From an uncultured Erysipelotrichaceae bacterium (GTDB taxonomy: Bacteria > Bacillota_I > Bacilli_A > RF39 > UBA660), in NCBI GenBank assembly GCA_902783915.1, contig CACZSX010000030.1, positions 1 through 35,687 of the forward strand: a stretch of 35,687 nucleotides of DNA. Direction: 5' to 3'. The translations under genes were made by a program, and so were the position numbers. Of this stretch, positions 1-8,252 are shown piece by piece. How positions within the stretch are numbered: position 1 is the stretch's first letter; the number at the start of each line of letters is the position of its first letter. The notes beneath the pieces were generated by a model. That model worked only from the letters and a program-made list of their open reading frames with translations, did no database searches and was not told the DNA's origin.

Positions 1-471
1 ATCACTATAATCTTCATAATTTGGTTCGGGAAGTGGGTTATATTCTGGATTATCAATTATATCCCAACAATCAGTACAATTTAAATAAAATTCATCTATT
101 GTCATATATCCATCTTTTTGAACATCTTGATATTTTAACATATCTACTAGTGGTTTAAAATCATCAAATGTATCTTTTGTACCGGGTTTTATTGGTACAG
201 AAAAAGATCGATTATTAGATGCTTTTGGGAAACTCTTTTCATCTAAAGACATAGTTTTATTTACATATTCCCAAAATATTTTTTGGTTTTCATATGATAA
301 TTCTCCAATAGCTACCCATGAAAAATCATTATCATAATCGTTTGTATGCGTAGTTAATATATTCATATCCCATAAGTATTCAATAATTCTTTGATTTTCT
401 GGTATTACAAATTCACCAATATTTTCCATAACTGTTTTTATATCTGTTGCTACATATTCATACTTTGCCAT
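1..471 (-). CDS. hypothetical protein, first 157 codons only (gene runs off the left edge of the window)
   Basis: Not in the supplied ORF track because it has no stop inside the window. Manual minus-strand translation from ATG 471..469 (AGGAGA 6 nt upstream) gives MAKYEYVATDIKTVMENIGEFVIPENQRIIEYLWDMNILTTHTNDYDNDFSWVAIGELSYENQKIFWEY... with no stop down to position 1. The start overlaps the TGA stop (460..458) of the upstream 460-aa ORF by 14 nt. No family recognised. Confidence 0.6.
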   Translation of the reverse strand, partial: MAKYEYVATDIKTVMENIGEFVIPENQRIIEYLWDMNILTTHTNDYDNDFSWVAIGELSYENQKIFWEYVNKTMSLDEKSFPKASNNRSFSVPIKPGTKDTFDDFKPLVDMLKYQDVQKDGYMTIDEFYLNCTDCWDIIDNPEYNPLPEPNYEDYSD

Positions 472-1840
472 ATGTACTCTCCTGTTCTTTAAATCTAGAC
501 ATCCATTCTATAAATATCCAATATTCTTCACTATCTTTTATGCCTTCATACCCCTCTTCATACAATATTCTATGTATAAGTTCTTTTAATTCATTAGGTT
601 CTACCCATAACATTAATTTATCTCTTGAATTATCATCATTTGTAAAACCTTTATAATCACCATTTTCTACCGAAAATAATGCTCTACCAAGTTGAATTGA
701 ATTATATTTATCTATTGTACGTAATGATGCATTGATAAGTGCTTCTTTTTGTTCATCGTATACTATTCTTCTTGCCATATGAATATCTAACATTTCTTGC
801 ATAAGCTCTCTTATAGACTCTTTTCTAGTAAATAAATTATAGTTTCCCTCATTGGAAAATCTTTTAAAGCGTGTTATCGCTGACTCTATATCTTCTTTTT
901 TTGATATAGTTAAAAATGCATAATCATATGCCTCTTTAATCTCGTCTGGTACATCTTCAACAATTCGCAAATCTTTTCTTTCTAATCTTTCTATATTTTC
1001 AATTGCTTCTTTTACACTTTCTTTATCTTTTGCAAAACTATAAAATTTATACAAATCTATAAGTTTACTCTCTTTTCTTAATGCTATTAACAATAATTCT
1101 GTTACTCTTTGGTAATTTGCAAGCATTCTAGAAGAATTTTCAAATTTTCTTCCCCTATGAAAATCATTTATATTATTACCATTAATAAATACTTCTTTAT
1201 ATCTTTTACCTACATACTCATAAAATGAACTATATGATATCGAATCTAAATTATCTTTCATTGAATTAATATATTCACTTATCCATTCAGATACTACTAT
1301 ATTATAAGATAATTCACCATCCCATGTACATGAAATTTCTCCATCAGAAAATGTGAATGGATTTGGATCTATTAAACCTTCTTTTATATATTCATCTGAT
1401 GTTACAAATTGTTTTATTGCCAACAATGAATTTATACTATCTACTCTGATTGCCACATCATCAAATCTAGTATAATTACTTACTTTTGACATATGCGGAA
1501 TATTATATTTGGAAATAAAATCAAATAATTTATTAACTCCATGATATATGTGCAATTCATCAAGCGGTACATACATTTTTAAAAATGTTTCGGGAAATAA
1601 ATCCCCATTATATCCATAAAATTGGCAAAAATTTTTCATTTCAGGAGTTTCATATACATCTATATTTTGCACTTTATCAAATCTATCTTGCCATGAAGCA
1701 AAGTAATTTCTAATGGGTTTCTTTTCTGTTCCTAATCTAATTAAATTTGAATAAACTAAGTTTGAATCTATAGTTACTCCATTTTTTGATATTTCAGCTA
1801 TTAAATGTAGGAATTCATCAATCCTTTTTATCTTGTCCAT
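458..1840 (-). CDS. hypothetical protein, 460 aa, function unknown
   Basis: Long uninterrupted ORF. It overlaps both the upstream 51-aa ORF and the downstream partial ORF. The C-terminal half is highly charged and looks helical. I recognise no catalytic motif with confidence. Confidence 0.75.
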   Translation of the reverse strand: MDKIKRIDEFLHLIAEISKNGVTIDSNLVYSNLIRLGTEKKPIRNYFASWQDRFDKVQNIDVYETPEMKNFCQFYGYNGDLFPETFLKMYVPLDELHIYHGVNKLFDFISKYNIPHMSKVSNYTRFDDVAIRVDSINSLLAIKQFVTSDEYIKEGLIDPNPFTFSDGEISCTWDGELSYNIVVSEWISEYINSMKDNLDSISYSSFYEYVGKRYKEVFINGNNINDFHRGRKFENSSRMLANYQRVTELLLIALRKESKLIDLYKFYSFAKDKESVKEAIENIERLERKDLRIVEDVPDEIKEAYDYAFLTISKKEDIESAITRFKRFSNEGNYNLFTRKESIRELMQEMLDIHMARRIVYDEQKEALINASLRTIDKYNSIQLGRALFSVENGDYKGFTNDDNSRDKLMLWVEPNELKELIHRILYEEGYEGIKDSEEYWIFIEWMSRFKEQESTYGKV

Positions 1841-1973
1841 TAATTTTTTCTACTACCTCTTTTAAATCAATAGTATCTTCGTTGTCTTCTATATTTTTTT
1901 CTATTTCTTCTTCATCTATTCCGAAATAGAATTCTTTTTCTTTCCCATCAATAATTACTTTACCCATTCCCAT
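1818..1973 (-). CDS. small acidic protein, 51 aa (below the ORF-track size cutoff)
   Basis: Manual translation gives MGMGKVIIDGKEKEFYFGIDEEEIEKNIEDNEDTIDLKEVVEKINGQDKKD, with 17 D/E versus 8 K by hand count. An AGGTGA Shine-Dalgarno lies 6 nt upstream of ATG 1973..1971. The TGA stop at 1820..1818 overlaps the first 23 nt of the 460-aa ORF. Confidence 0.5.
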   Translation of the reverse strand: MGMGKVIIDGKEKEFYFGIDEEEIEKNIEDNEDTIDLKEVVEKINGQDKKD

Positions 1974-1998
1974 ATAATTCACCTACTATATCAATTGT

Positions 1999-2028
1999 AT
2001 TATAGCATAAAAAACAAGTAAAATGCAA
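1999..2028 (-). promoter_or_regulatory. sigma-A-type promoter for the 51-aa/460-aa/partial-ORF unit
   Basis: Minus strand reads TTGCAT (2028..2023), an 18-nt spacer, then TGcTATAAT (extended -10, hexamer 2004..1999). This is followed by the SD and ATG at 1973. It sits just downstream of the terminator at 2044-2073. Confidence 0.5.
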
Positions 2029-2043
2029 ATGAATGTAAATTTA

Positions 2044-2073
2044 CAAAAAAAGAAGAAGTTTAAAACTTCTTCT
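2044..2073 (-). terminator. rho-independent terminator ending the eight-gene operon
   Basis: Minus strand has AGAAGAAGTT-loop-AACTTCTTCT (10-bp perfect stem, 2073..2051) followed by TTTTTTG (2050..2044). The hairpin overlaps the TAG stop of the Gfo/Idh/MocA gene. Confidence 0.8.
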
Positions 2074-3013
2074 AATTACAATACTTACTACTAAAACTTG
2101 CATATTCTTTCATAATAGTACTAAAATCTATTATTCTCTTTTTATAAATTGAATTAATTCTTTTACCACTTAAATATTCATAAAAATCTTTTAAACAATA
2201 ATACATATTATCATCCACTATTTCGGCATCCATTATTTTATTTTTATCTTTATATATAACTACTCTACTATTTCTTAAACACATCAATTCTTTATCATAT
2301 ATTGAGTATTCAACGCCTATTACTACATTACCTTCGCAATATATAGTCATACCTTTATGTAATGTATTAGATGTTAAATCACATTGGTGACTTATTATTA
2401 CATTCTTATTTCTTAACATTGAAAAACTATATCCATGATTTTTTAATGTTCTATCAATATTCTGCATATCTTTTTGTTCAAGCATTAATAATTCACTTCT
2501 ATTACCAAGTAAATAATCACATATATATACTTGATGTGGTACTTCTATTTCATAGTTTTCTGTTATTTTACTACTCATTCCACGCATATTAATACTTTCA
2601 TTAATTCTATTTTTTGAAAAGTTAGTCATTATTGATTTTATTTTCAATTTATTCTTATCTAAATAATCTTTTACAAAGTTAGTTGTTAATGAATATATAT
2701 AGTTTTGAATCATAACTATATTTAATTTTGGATGTTTATTAAAGAAATCTTCTTCTACTACAAATGGTTTTTCTACAATTATGTTATAAAGTCCAAGTGA
2801 TTCACAAGTTTCAATTACTTCTACAAATACTTCTTTAGGTGTAACTATATCAACTATTACATTATTAACATCTAATTTATTATCTTTTATTACTTTCTTT
2901 ATTGGTATGTCTACATCTGCATAATATAAATTTGGTACTTTATCAAATTTCTTATATGACATTGTATGTATTCTGCTTGCTTTACCTTTTCCTACTAATA
3001 TTATATCTTTCAT
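2072..3013 (-). CDS. Gfo/Idh/MocA-family NAD(P)-dependent oxidoreductase
   Basis: N-terminal Rossmann start MKDIILVGKGKASRIH, plus the family-typical EKP motif (IIVEKPFVV). AAGGAGG RBS. The start overlaps the upstream stop by 4 nt. Confidence 0.7.
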   Translation of the reverse strand: MKDIILVGKGKASRIHTMSYKKFDKVPNLYYADVDIPIKKVIKDNKLDVNNVIVDIVTPKEVFVEVIETCESLGLYNIIVEKPFVVEEDFFNKHPKLNIVMIQNYIYSLTTNFVKDYLDKNKLKIKSIMTNFSKNRINESINMRGMSSKITENYEIEVPHQVYICDYLLGNRSELLMLEQKDMQNIDRTLKNHGYSFSMLRNKNVIISHQCDLTSNTLHKGMTIYCEGNVVIGVEYSIYDKELMCLRNSRVVIYKDKNKIMDAEIVDDNMYYCLKDFYEYLSGKRINSIYKKRIIDFSTIMKEYASFSSKYCN

Positions 3014-3978
3014 AATTCTTGTAACCTCCTTGAAATTTCTTTACAATTATTAAATAAATATTCACATAACTCTGTTCTAAAATGTGCAAATTCTAAGATA
3101 TTATTATTATCTTTTTTATAATATTCTTTATAACCATATGTACTTCTAAATAATTGGCACATATATACATATGGCATATATTTTAAATCATACTTATTAA
3201 GTGGTACACTCTTCATAAACTCCTTAACATATATTATTAAATTATCTATATCTATTTTCGCATTCTTACACTTTTTATCCATATAACTATAACTTCTAAT
3301 TATTTCCCATACAATAGGTAATTTCTTAACTCTTATAAAATCTATTATTGCATTTACTTTATCTTTATCATATATAAATTGTAAATAACTAAAATCTCCG
3401 TGTGATGTATAATGTGATATTTTACTTATATCTTTCAAATCATCTTTAAAATTATTCATCATTTCTATCTTTTTATTTAAATCAGCAACAATTAACTTAT
3501 TATTGCCTAGCTTAATTATTTCATTTAATTTTTCTATATTTTTATCAAAATCATACCAATTTTCATCTTCTATTTCTTTTGTGTCATAATTCAATAAATT
3601 CTTTACTAAAAGTCCATGAAGATAACCACATTCTTTTATCTCTTTTTTTGTTGCCGCAAATTTATCTTTTGTTGTTCCTTCTATAAAATCTTGTACAATT
3701 AAATATCTATCATTAACTTTTACTAAATATTTATCATCAATAGTTTTTAAATAAGTTGGTACTTTAATTTTATCTTTTAAATAATTTATTACTTTTACTT
3801 CTTTTTCTATTTTTTCTTTATCATATTTTTTTTGATATAACTTTAAAATATAATTATCTACTTTATATATTTCTGCTGATCCACCACTTACTAATCCAAT
3901 ATTATTTACTTTTACATTGTAATATTCTTTAAATATTTTTTTAATCTTACTTTTATTTAATACCTTCTTTTCTATCAC
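3010..3978 (-). CDS. APH/CotS/choline-kinase-like phosphotransferase (paralog 1)
   Basis: Kinase catalytic loop HGDFSYLQFIY and metal-binding IIDF motif. It is clearly paralogous to ORF 11103-12107 (WEIIRSYSYMDKKC, KYDLKYMPYVY, FRTELCEYLF). I prefer the GTG start at 3978 (GGAGG 6 nt upstream), which aligns with the paralog's N-terminus. The ORF track's ATG at 4026 would add 16 codons and lacks an SD. Confidence 0.75.
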   Translation of the reverse strand: MIEKKVLNKSKIKKIFKEYYNVKVNNIGLVSGGSAEIYKVDNYILKLYQKKYDKEKIEKEVKVINYLKDKIKVPTYLKTIDDKYLVKVNDRYLIVQDFIEGTTKDKFAATKKEIKECGYLHGLLVKNLLNYDTKEIEDENWYDFDKNIEKLNEIIKLGNNKLIVADLNKKIEMMNNFKDDLKDISKISHYTSHGDFSYLQFIYDKDKVNAIIDFIRVKKLPIVWEIIRSYSYMDKKCKNAKIDIDNLIIYVKEFMKSVPLNKYDLKYMPYVYMCQLFRSTYGYKEYYKKDNNNILEFAHFRTELCEYLFNNCKEISRRLQEL

Positions 3979-4702
3979 AAATAGCCTCCATAATTTTCTT
4001 TTCATCACCACGTATGAAATAAGCATCTATATTTAATTTTTTAATAAATTTTAATATATTTTCTCCTGTATCTTTTAATCTAACATATTTAGTAAGTAGT
4101 GGCATATCATAATGCCAATTAGAATATCTAAATATATTTTTAATATAATAATCTTTATTATCTATCTTATTTATGCTTAATTTCCCTTCTGCTGCTATTC
4201 CCTTAAGTATTACTATTTTTTCTAATTTTATTTTTTTATTAACACTCTTTTTATCTAAAAATGATATACCATTTTTATCCTTATTAAACGAACTACCTAA
4301 AACCATTTCATTAGCTTTTATCCATGTTTGATCAGCAGAATTAACTTCATACCCATACTTTGTTGCTTCAATAGCAAGAGTACTTTTTCCTACTTTAAAA
4401 TCTCCTAATATAAGTATCCCTTTATTATCTTTGCTGATAACAACTGAATGAATATATAAATTATCTTCATCATTTATTAAGTATGCGATTAAGTTATTAA
4501 GTATTGGATATATATCTGTAGTATTTACTTTAGATTCTATTTTTAATTTATAATCTAATACAGATATATCTATCAAATTATCGTTAATTATTATCTTATT
4601 ATCTGTATCTACATAATCCGCTTCAAATTGCTTTAATCTATTAAATACTGTATCAAAGGTGCTTTCTACATTGATTAAAATATTTTTAATATTAATCGTC
4701 AT
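3953..4702 (-). CDS. HprK-like P-loop protein (putative kinase), 249 aa
   Basis: YIHSVVISKDNKGILILGDFKVGKSTLAIEATKYGYEVNSADQTWI matches the HPr-kinase C-terminal pattern (H-x-x-x-V...G-x-L-I-x-G-x4-GKS...[SA]-D-[DQ]). GAGGTGG RBS. Overlaps the upstream gene by 11 nt. Confidence 0.6.
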   Translation of the reverse strand: MTINIKNILINVESTFDTVFNRLKQFEADYVDTDNKIIINDNLIDISVLDYKLKIESKVNTTDIYPILNNLIAYLINDEDNLYIHSVVISKDNKGILILGDFKVGKSTLAIEATKYGYEVNSADQTWIKANEMVLGSSFNKDKNGISFLDKKSVNKKIKLEKIVILKGIAAEGKLSINKIDNKDYYIKNIFRYSNWHYDMPLLTKYVRLKDTGENILKFIKKLNIDAYFIRGDEKKIMEAICDRKEGIK

Positions 4703-6140
4703 ATTTAACCACCTCTATAAAATTATTTTTTTCTTTTAATATATCTTCAAATATGCCATCTTTATATTTATTTACATGTACTATTTCTTTTATTAAAGAA
4801 TTCTTATTATTATTTTTTAATAATTTTTCAAATAATTTTACTCTATCAGATTTTTCTACTCCTCTTAATTCATGACCACCTACTACCAATAAATTATTTC
4901 TATGTATTAGTAATGGATCTATTAAATAATTGCTTTCTCTTGGCGTACCAATTAAGAATATTGTTTTAAATGTTTTTATGTCTTTAAAAATCATTTCTAT
5001 TACAGTACTTACTCCAGTAGTATCAATATAAGTTTCATATTTACCTATTTTATTTACTAATTTAATATTTGAATCATATTTTTTATTTAATTTTTTTATT
5101 GTGTTTTCTATATATGGTTTAATATCTTTCGTATATATATCAATATTTTTATAATTATTATCTAATAAATACATTAATGCACTTATTCCGATATTACCAA
5201 GTCCACATAATAATATATTATCTTTAAAATTAATTCTAGAAAGTGCCAAAGCACTTATCATTTCAAATCTTGAAAATGCAATTATTTCTATATCATAGTT
5301 GTAACATTTTAAACTATCTTTAAAACAAGTTATATTTTTATTCTCATGACCTTGCACAATTAAATATCTTGATTTATTTATCTTTTTAGTAATAGCCATA
5401 TATCCTTTTGAGCCACTCTTTTCAGTTCCCCTACTTACTATGTTATATTCTATTTCTCTTTCTTTTTTATTTATTTTATTATCTAAATATGAATACATTA
5501 AATCATAATTTACACCTAGTTCTTCTACCTTATGAGCATCACTACCAATAGTATATTTAATATCATATTTTTTGAATAAATCTAACATATAATTTAATTG
5601 TTCAATATTCCAAATACTTCTATCACTAGTATTTATTTCCATCATTACATTTTTCTTTTTACATTCTTTTAATATTTGATTAATTATTTTATCATGCTCT
5701 TTATAATCATCATATAATTTTAAATGTGCGAGTATATTTAGTGGATACTTTTTTACTGTATCAAGCATTGCTTTATAATATCCAGAATTATCTAAATTAA
5801 GGTATTTTGTACCATGTACACTTGATATTACATAATCAAATCCACTATTCATAAGTTCTATTTCATTATCCTGTTTTTCTTTATCAAAAAAGTAATCTGT
5901 TTCTATACCACTATGTATAGTTATACTTTTATATTCTTTTTTAGCTTTTTCTATTAATTTAAGAAACTCTTTTATTATTTTTTTATTATTTAATACTGGT
6001 TTATGATTGGGTGATGTTCTATTACCATGATCTAAGAATACTACTTCATCTATTCCTAGTTTAATACATCTATCAATGTACTTTTTCATCACCTCATAAT
6101 CAGTTACACCTTGTTTTAGATGTATATGAAAATCTTTCAT
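4692..6140 (-). CDS. fusion protein: HisJ-type PHP phosphoesterase (N-terminal) plus Rossmann-fold MDR-like dehydrogenase module (C-terminal)
   Basis: The N-terminal ~230 aa carries PHP motifs in order: DFHIH, FLDHG, GIETD, SSVHG, AHL, EINTS, GSDAH. The C-terminal ~240 aa carries a dinucleotide-binding loop LLCGLGNIGISALMYLL and a GGHE-type segment. GGAGAA RBS. Confidence 0.65.
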   Translation of the reverse strand: MKDFHIHLKQGVTDYEVMKKYIDRCIKLGIDEVVFLDHGNRTSPNHKPVLNNKKIIKEFLKLIEKAKKEYKSITIHSGIETDYFFDKEKQDNEIELMNSGFDYVISSVHGTKYLNLDNSGYYKAMLDTVKKYPLNILAHLKLYDDYKEHDKIINQILKECKKKNVMMEINTSDRSIWNIEQLNYMLDLFKKYDIKYTIGSDAHKVEELGVNYDLMYSYLDNKINKKEREIEYNIVSRGTEKSGSKGYMAITKKINKSRYLIVQGHENKNITCFKDSLKCYNYDIEIIAFSRFEMISALALSRINFKDNILLCGLGNIGISALMYLLDNNYKNIDIYTKDIKPYIENTIKKLNKKYDSNIKLVNKIGKYETYIDTTGVSTVIEMIFKDIKTFKTIFLIGTPRESNYLIDPLLIHRNNLLVVGGHELRGVEKSDRVKLFEKLLKNNNKNSLIKEIVHVNKYKDGIFEDILKEKNNFIEVVKYDD

Positions 6141-7555
6141 TATTTCTCCATATATAAACTATAGTATTTATCTAATATGCCTGATTCATTAATCCATTCA
6201 TCTACTATATTTACTTCTAACTTATTTTCTAGAGTTTCTTTATTAATCATGTTATATACTGTAAGAAGCTGTGCTGCTTTAAATACATCATTACTCTTAT
6301 TAGGGATAGCTTCTGAATCAAATAAGTTTACACTTCTTCCGTTTCCTAATACATCTACATGTTTACCAAATACATAATATTGAGTTCCATATTTATCTAT
6401 TTTCTTAAATACTTCACCCCTTGCTTCAAATTCTCTAAATGCATGAAGGTCAGCTGTTGCACCGCTTGTTACATATCCATAATCTGGAAGCATTTTTATT
6501 ACATCTTCACTTATACTTTTATAACCAGATGCTCCTACTATCATAAATGGTTTTTCGTTTTTAACTGCATCATAACAATTTTTATAAGTTGTAAATCCTC
6601 TTTCAGCTGCTATTATAAGTCTTAATACATCTACATCTACTACTGTTACTCTAACGCCATAACTTCTTAATCTATCTGCAAGTATTTCTCCTAAATCACC
6701 ATATCCGCACATTACCACACTTCTACCTACTAATTTTTCACCCGCAAGTAATTCTATTATTCTTGTAAATATACTACTAGATATTTCAGTATAAGTAATA
6801 TGTCTTTTTAATTTAGTCTTTGCAACATTAAGTACTGGATATAATAATTTATCTTCATTTGGTCTTATTCTTCTTAATCCCATTTCAGTAAGTTCTACTA
6901 CACCTACTACATTATCAAAATGTACTTTATCTAATATCTTAGTCACTATCGCGCCATCATCTAATACTACTACTTTTAAATTTTTTCTTTTATTAATAAA
7001 ATCAAATATTAATTCTTCACCAATTTTCATCAATTTATCATTATCTACATCAGTATTATCAAGTACACTTACATTAAAACCCATCTTTTTAAATGTTTCA
7101 GTTATTTCAAATCTATGTTTTGTACTGTCACCTTTATCAATAGCAAGTATATTTTCTGGTTTAACACCCATATTAACAAATCCATTTAGAAGTCCTACAT
7201 TTTCTTCTAAGAAGTGATCTCTCCAAATAAGAGCTACATTATTTAATGTATTTTTATGATTTGAACTATACCAATTTATTACAGGCATATCTCTTACTAT
7301 TGCTTCTATCTCAAAGTCTGAATACGCTAAACAAATCTTATTTACTAAATCATAATCTACATCTACTGCCATAAGTTCCAATCCAGGCTCTGCAAATCTA
7401 GTAACAGAAAAACTTCTTATAGGTAATTCCTTTTCTTTAAATTTGATATATCCATCACCTATTATTATCTTATCATCTTTAATTTTATAACTTATCTTTA
7501 AGTTATCAAGTTTCTTTTTTAAATCTTCTAAACTCCCATAAAAATTCCTATTCAT
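6140..7555 (-). CDS. S-adenosyl-L-homocysteine hydrolase-like NAD-binding protein with an N-terminal extension
   Basis: GRSVVMCGYGDLGEILADRLRSYGVRVTVVDVDVLRLIIAAERGF aligns with the AHCY NAD-domain signature (GK-x-VVV-x-GYGDVGKG-x-A...V-x-V-TE-x-DP-x-x-A-x-x-A-x-x-EG). The upstream segment MPVINW...NVALIWRDHFLEENVGLLNGFVNMG parallels the AHCY substrate domain but has diverged residues. AAGGAGGA RBS. Confidence 0.6.
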   Translation of the reverse strand: MNRNFYGSLEDLKKKLDNLKISYKIKDDKIIIGDGYIKFKEKELPIRSFSVTRFAEPGLELMAVDVDYDLVNKICLAYSDFEIEAIVRDMPVINWYSSNHKNTLNNVALIWRDHFLEENVGLLNGFVNMGVKPENILAIDKGDSTKHRFEITETFKKMGFNVSVLDNTDVDNDKLMKIGEELIFDFINKRKNLKVVVLDDGAIVTKILDKVHFDNVVGVVELTEMGLRRIRPNEDKLLYPVLNVAKTKLKRHITYTEISSSIFTRIIELLAGEKLVGRSVVMCGYGDLGEILADRLRSYGVRVTVVDVDVLRLIIAAERGFTTYKNCYDAVKNEKPFMIVGASGYKSISEDVIKMLPDYGYVTSGATADLHAFREFEARGEVFKKIDKYGTQYYVFGKHVDVLGNGRSVNLFDSEAIPNKSNDVFKAAQLLTVYNMINKETLENKLEVNIVDEWINESGILDKYYSLYMEK

Positions 7556-8252
7556 AAATCCTCCTTATACTCTCTTTGAATAAATCTTCTTTTTTTAAAT
7601 TACTACACATTGGTAAATGTGTTTCTAAAGATATAATTGTATCTTTATTAATCATATTTAATATTTTGTCTATATTTATTTCCCCATCATACAGATAAAC
7701 AAACTTTCCACCTTTAATATCTCTTAAATGAATATAAACTATATCATCTTTTAATAATCTTAAAGCTTCAATATAATCCAAATTCAAACTATAATAATTT
7801 TCAGCATCATATAATAATTTAATATTGCTATATTTTTTATTCATTAATTCTTTTAAATATATATAACTTTCACCTTTAGTACCTTTTTCATTTTCAATTA
7901 ATAAAGTTATATTATTTTCTTTTGCTATATTATTATATTTTTCTATATCAGATACATCTGTAAATATTCTTAAATACTTACATTTAAATATCTTACAAAT
8001 ATTAATGTATTTAATAAATAATTTGTTTTCTTTATCATAACTATACTTATGCTTACCAATAGGACTATCTATTAATGAAACTTTATAATTATTTAATTTC
8101 TTATTTATTAATCTTAATTCACCTGTATCTATTTCAAATAAATACTTATCATTTATTTTTCTCAATTCTACATATTCCAATTTAGTTTCTTCTAATATTT
8201 TTATTAATGAATCGATATCACTTGATACTTCATCAGTAATTACACTTACCAT
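7548..8252 (-). CDS. xylose-isomerase-like TIM-barrel protein (sugar-phosphate isomerase/epimerase family)
   Basis: The pattern is typical of AP_endonuc_2/IolE-IolI-like barrels: YVELR near the N-terminus, YLRIF, LLIENE, LLYDAEN, YIHLRD and SLETH. At 234 aa it is short for the family. The start lies inside the upstream stop region (ATGGTAA). Confidence 0.6.
   Translation of the reverse strand: MVSVITDEVSSDIDSLIKILEETKLEYVELRKINDKYLFEIDTGELRLINKKLNNYKVSLIDSPIGKHKYSYDKENKLFIKYINICKIFKCKYLRIFTDVSDIEKYNNIAKENNITLLIENEKGTKGESYIYLKELMNKKYSNIKLLYDAENYYSLNLDYIEALRLLKDDIVYIHLRDIKGGKFVYLYDGEINIDKILNMINKDTIISLETHLPMCSNLKKEDLFKESIRRIYE

Noticed and set aside
447-656. Plus-strand ORFs from the supplied track that lie antisense to long minus-strand genes: 447-656, 2371-2592, 6177-6377, 6359-6625, 17131-17580, 19067-19324, 22076-22267, 24538-25044 and 32297-32521. 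The out-of-frame 20292-20489 inside the deacetylase gene belongs with them.
   Set aside because: Each lies entirely inside or opposite a well-supported gene with recognisable motifs. Their translations are low-complexity (rich in L, I, F, S, Y), as expected for shadow frames in AT-rich DNA. None has a convincing Shine-Dalgarno sequence.
458-1840. Assigning the 460-aa protein to a HopA1/LanKC-N-terminal-like (phospho-lyase or nucleotide-binding) family
   Set aside because: This rests only on a vague remembered pattern (K-x-Y-V ... S-K ... R-x-D-D-V-x-I-R-V). I cannot verify the key residues without an HMM search, so the protein is left as hypothetical.
1818-1973. The 51-aa ORF as a RiPP precursor peptide for the HprK-like kinases, by analogy with phosphorylated lasso peptides
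   Set aside because: A strong terminator (2044-2073) and its own promoter separate it from the operon. It is translationally coupled to the 460-aa ORF instead. It is highly acidic, with no Cys/Ser/Thr-rich core or recognisable leader. The window contains no lasso cyclase, leader peptidase or PqqD-like gene.
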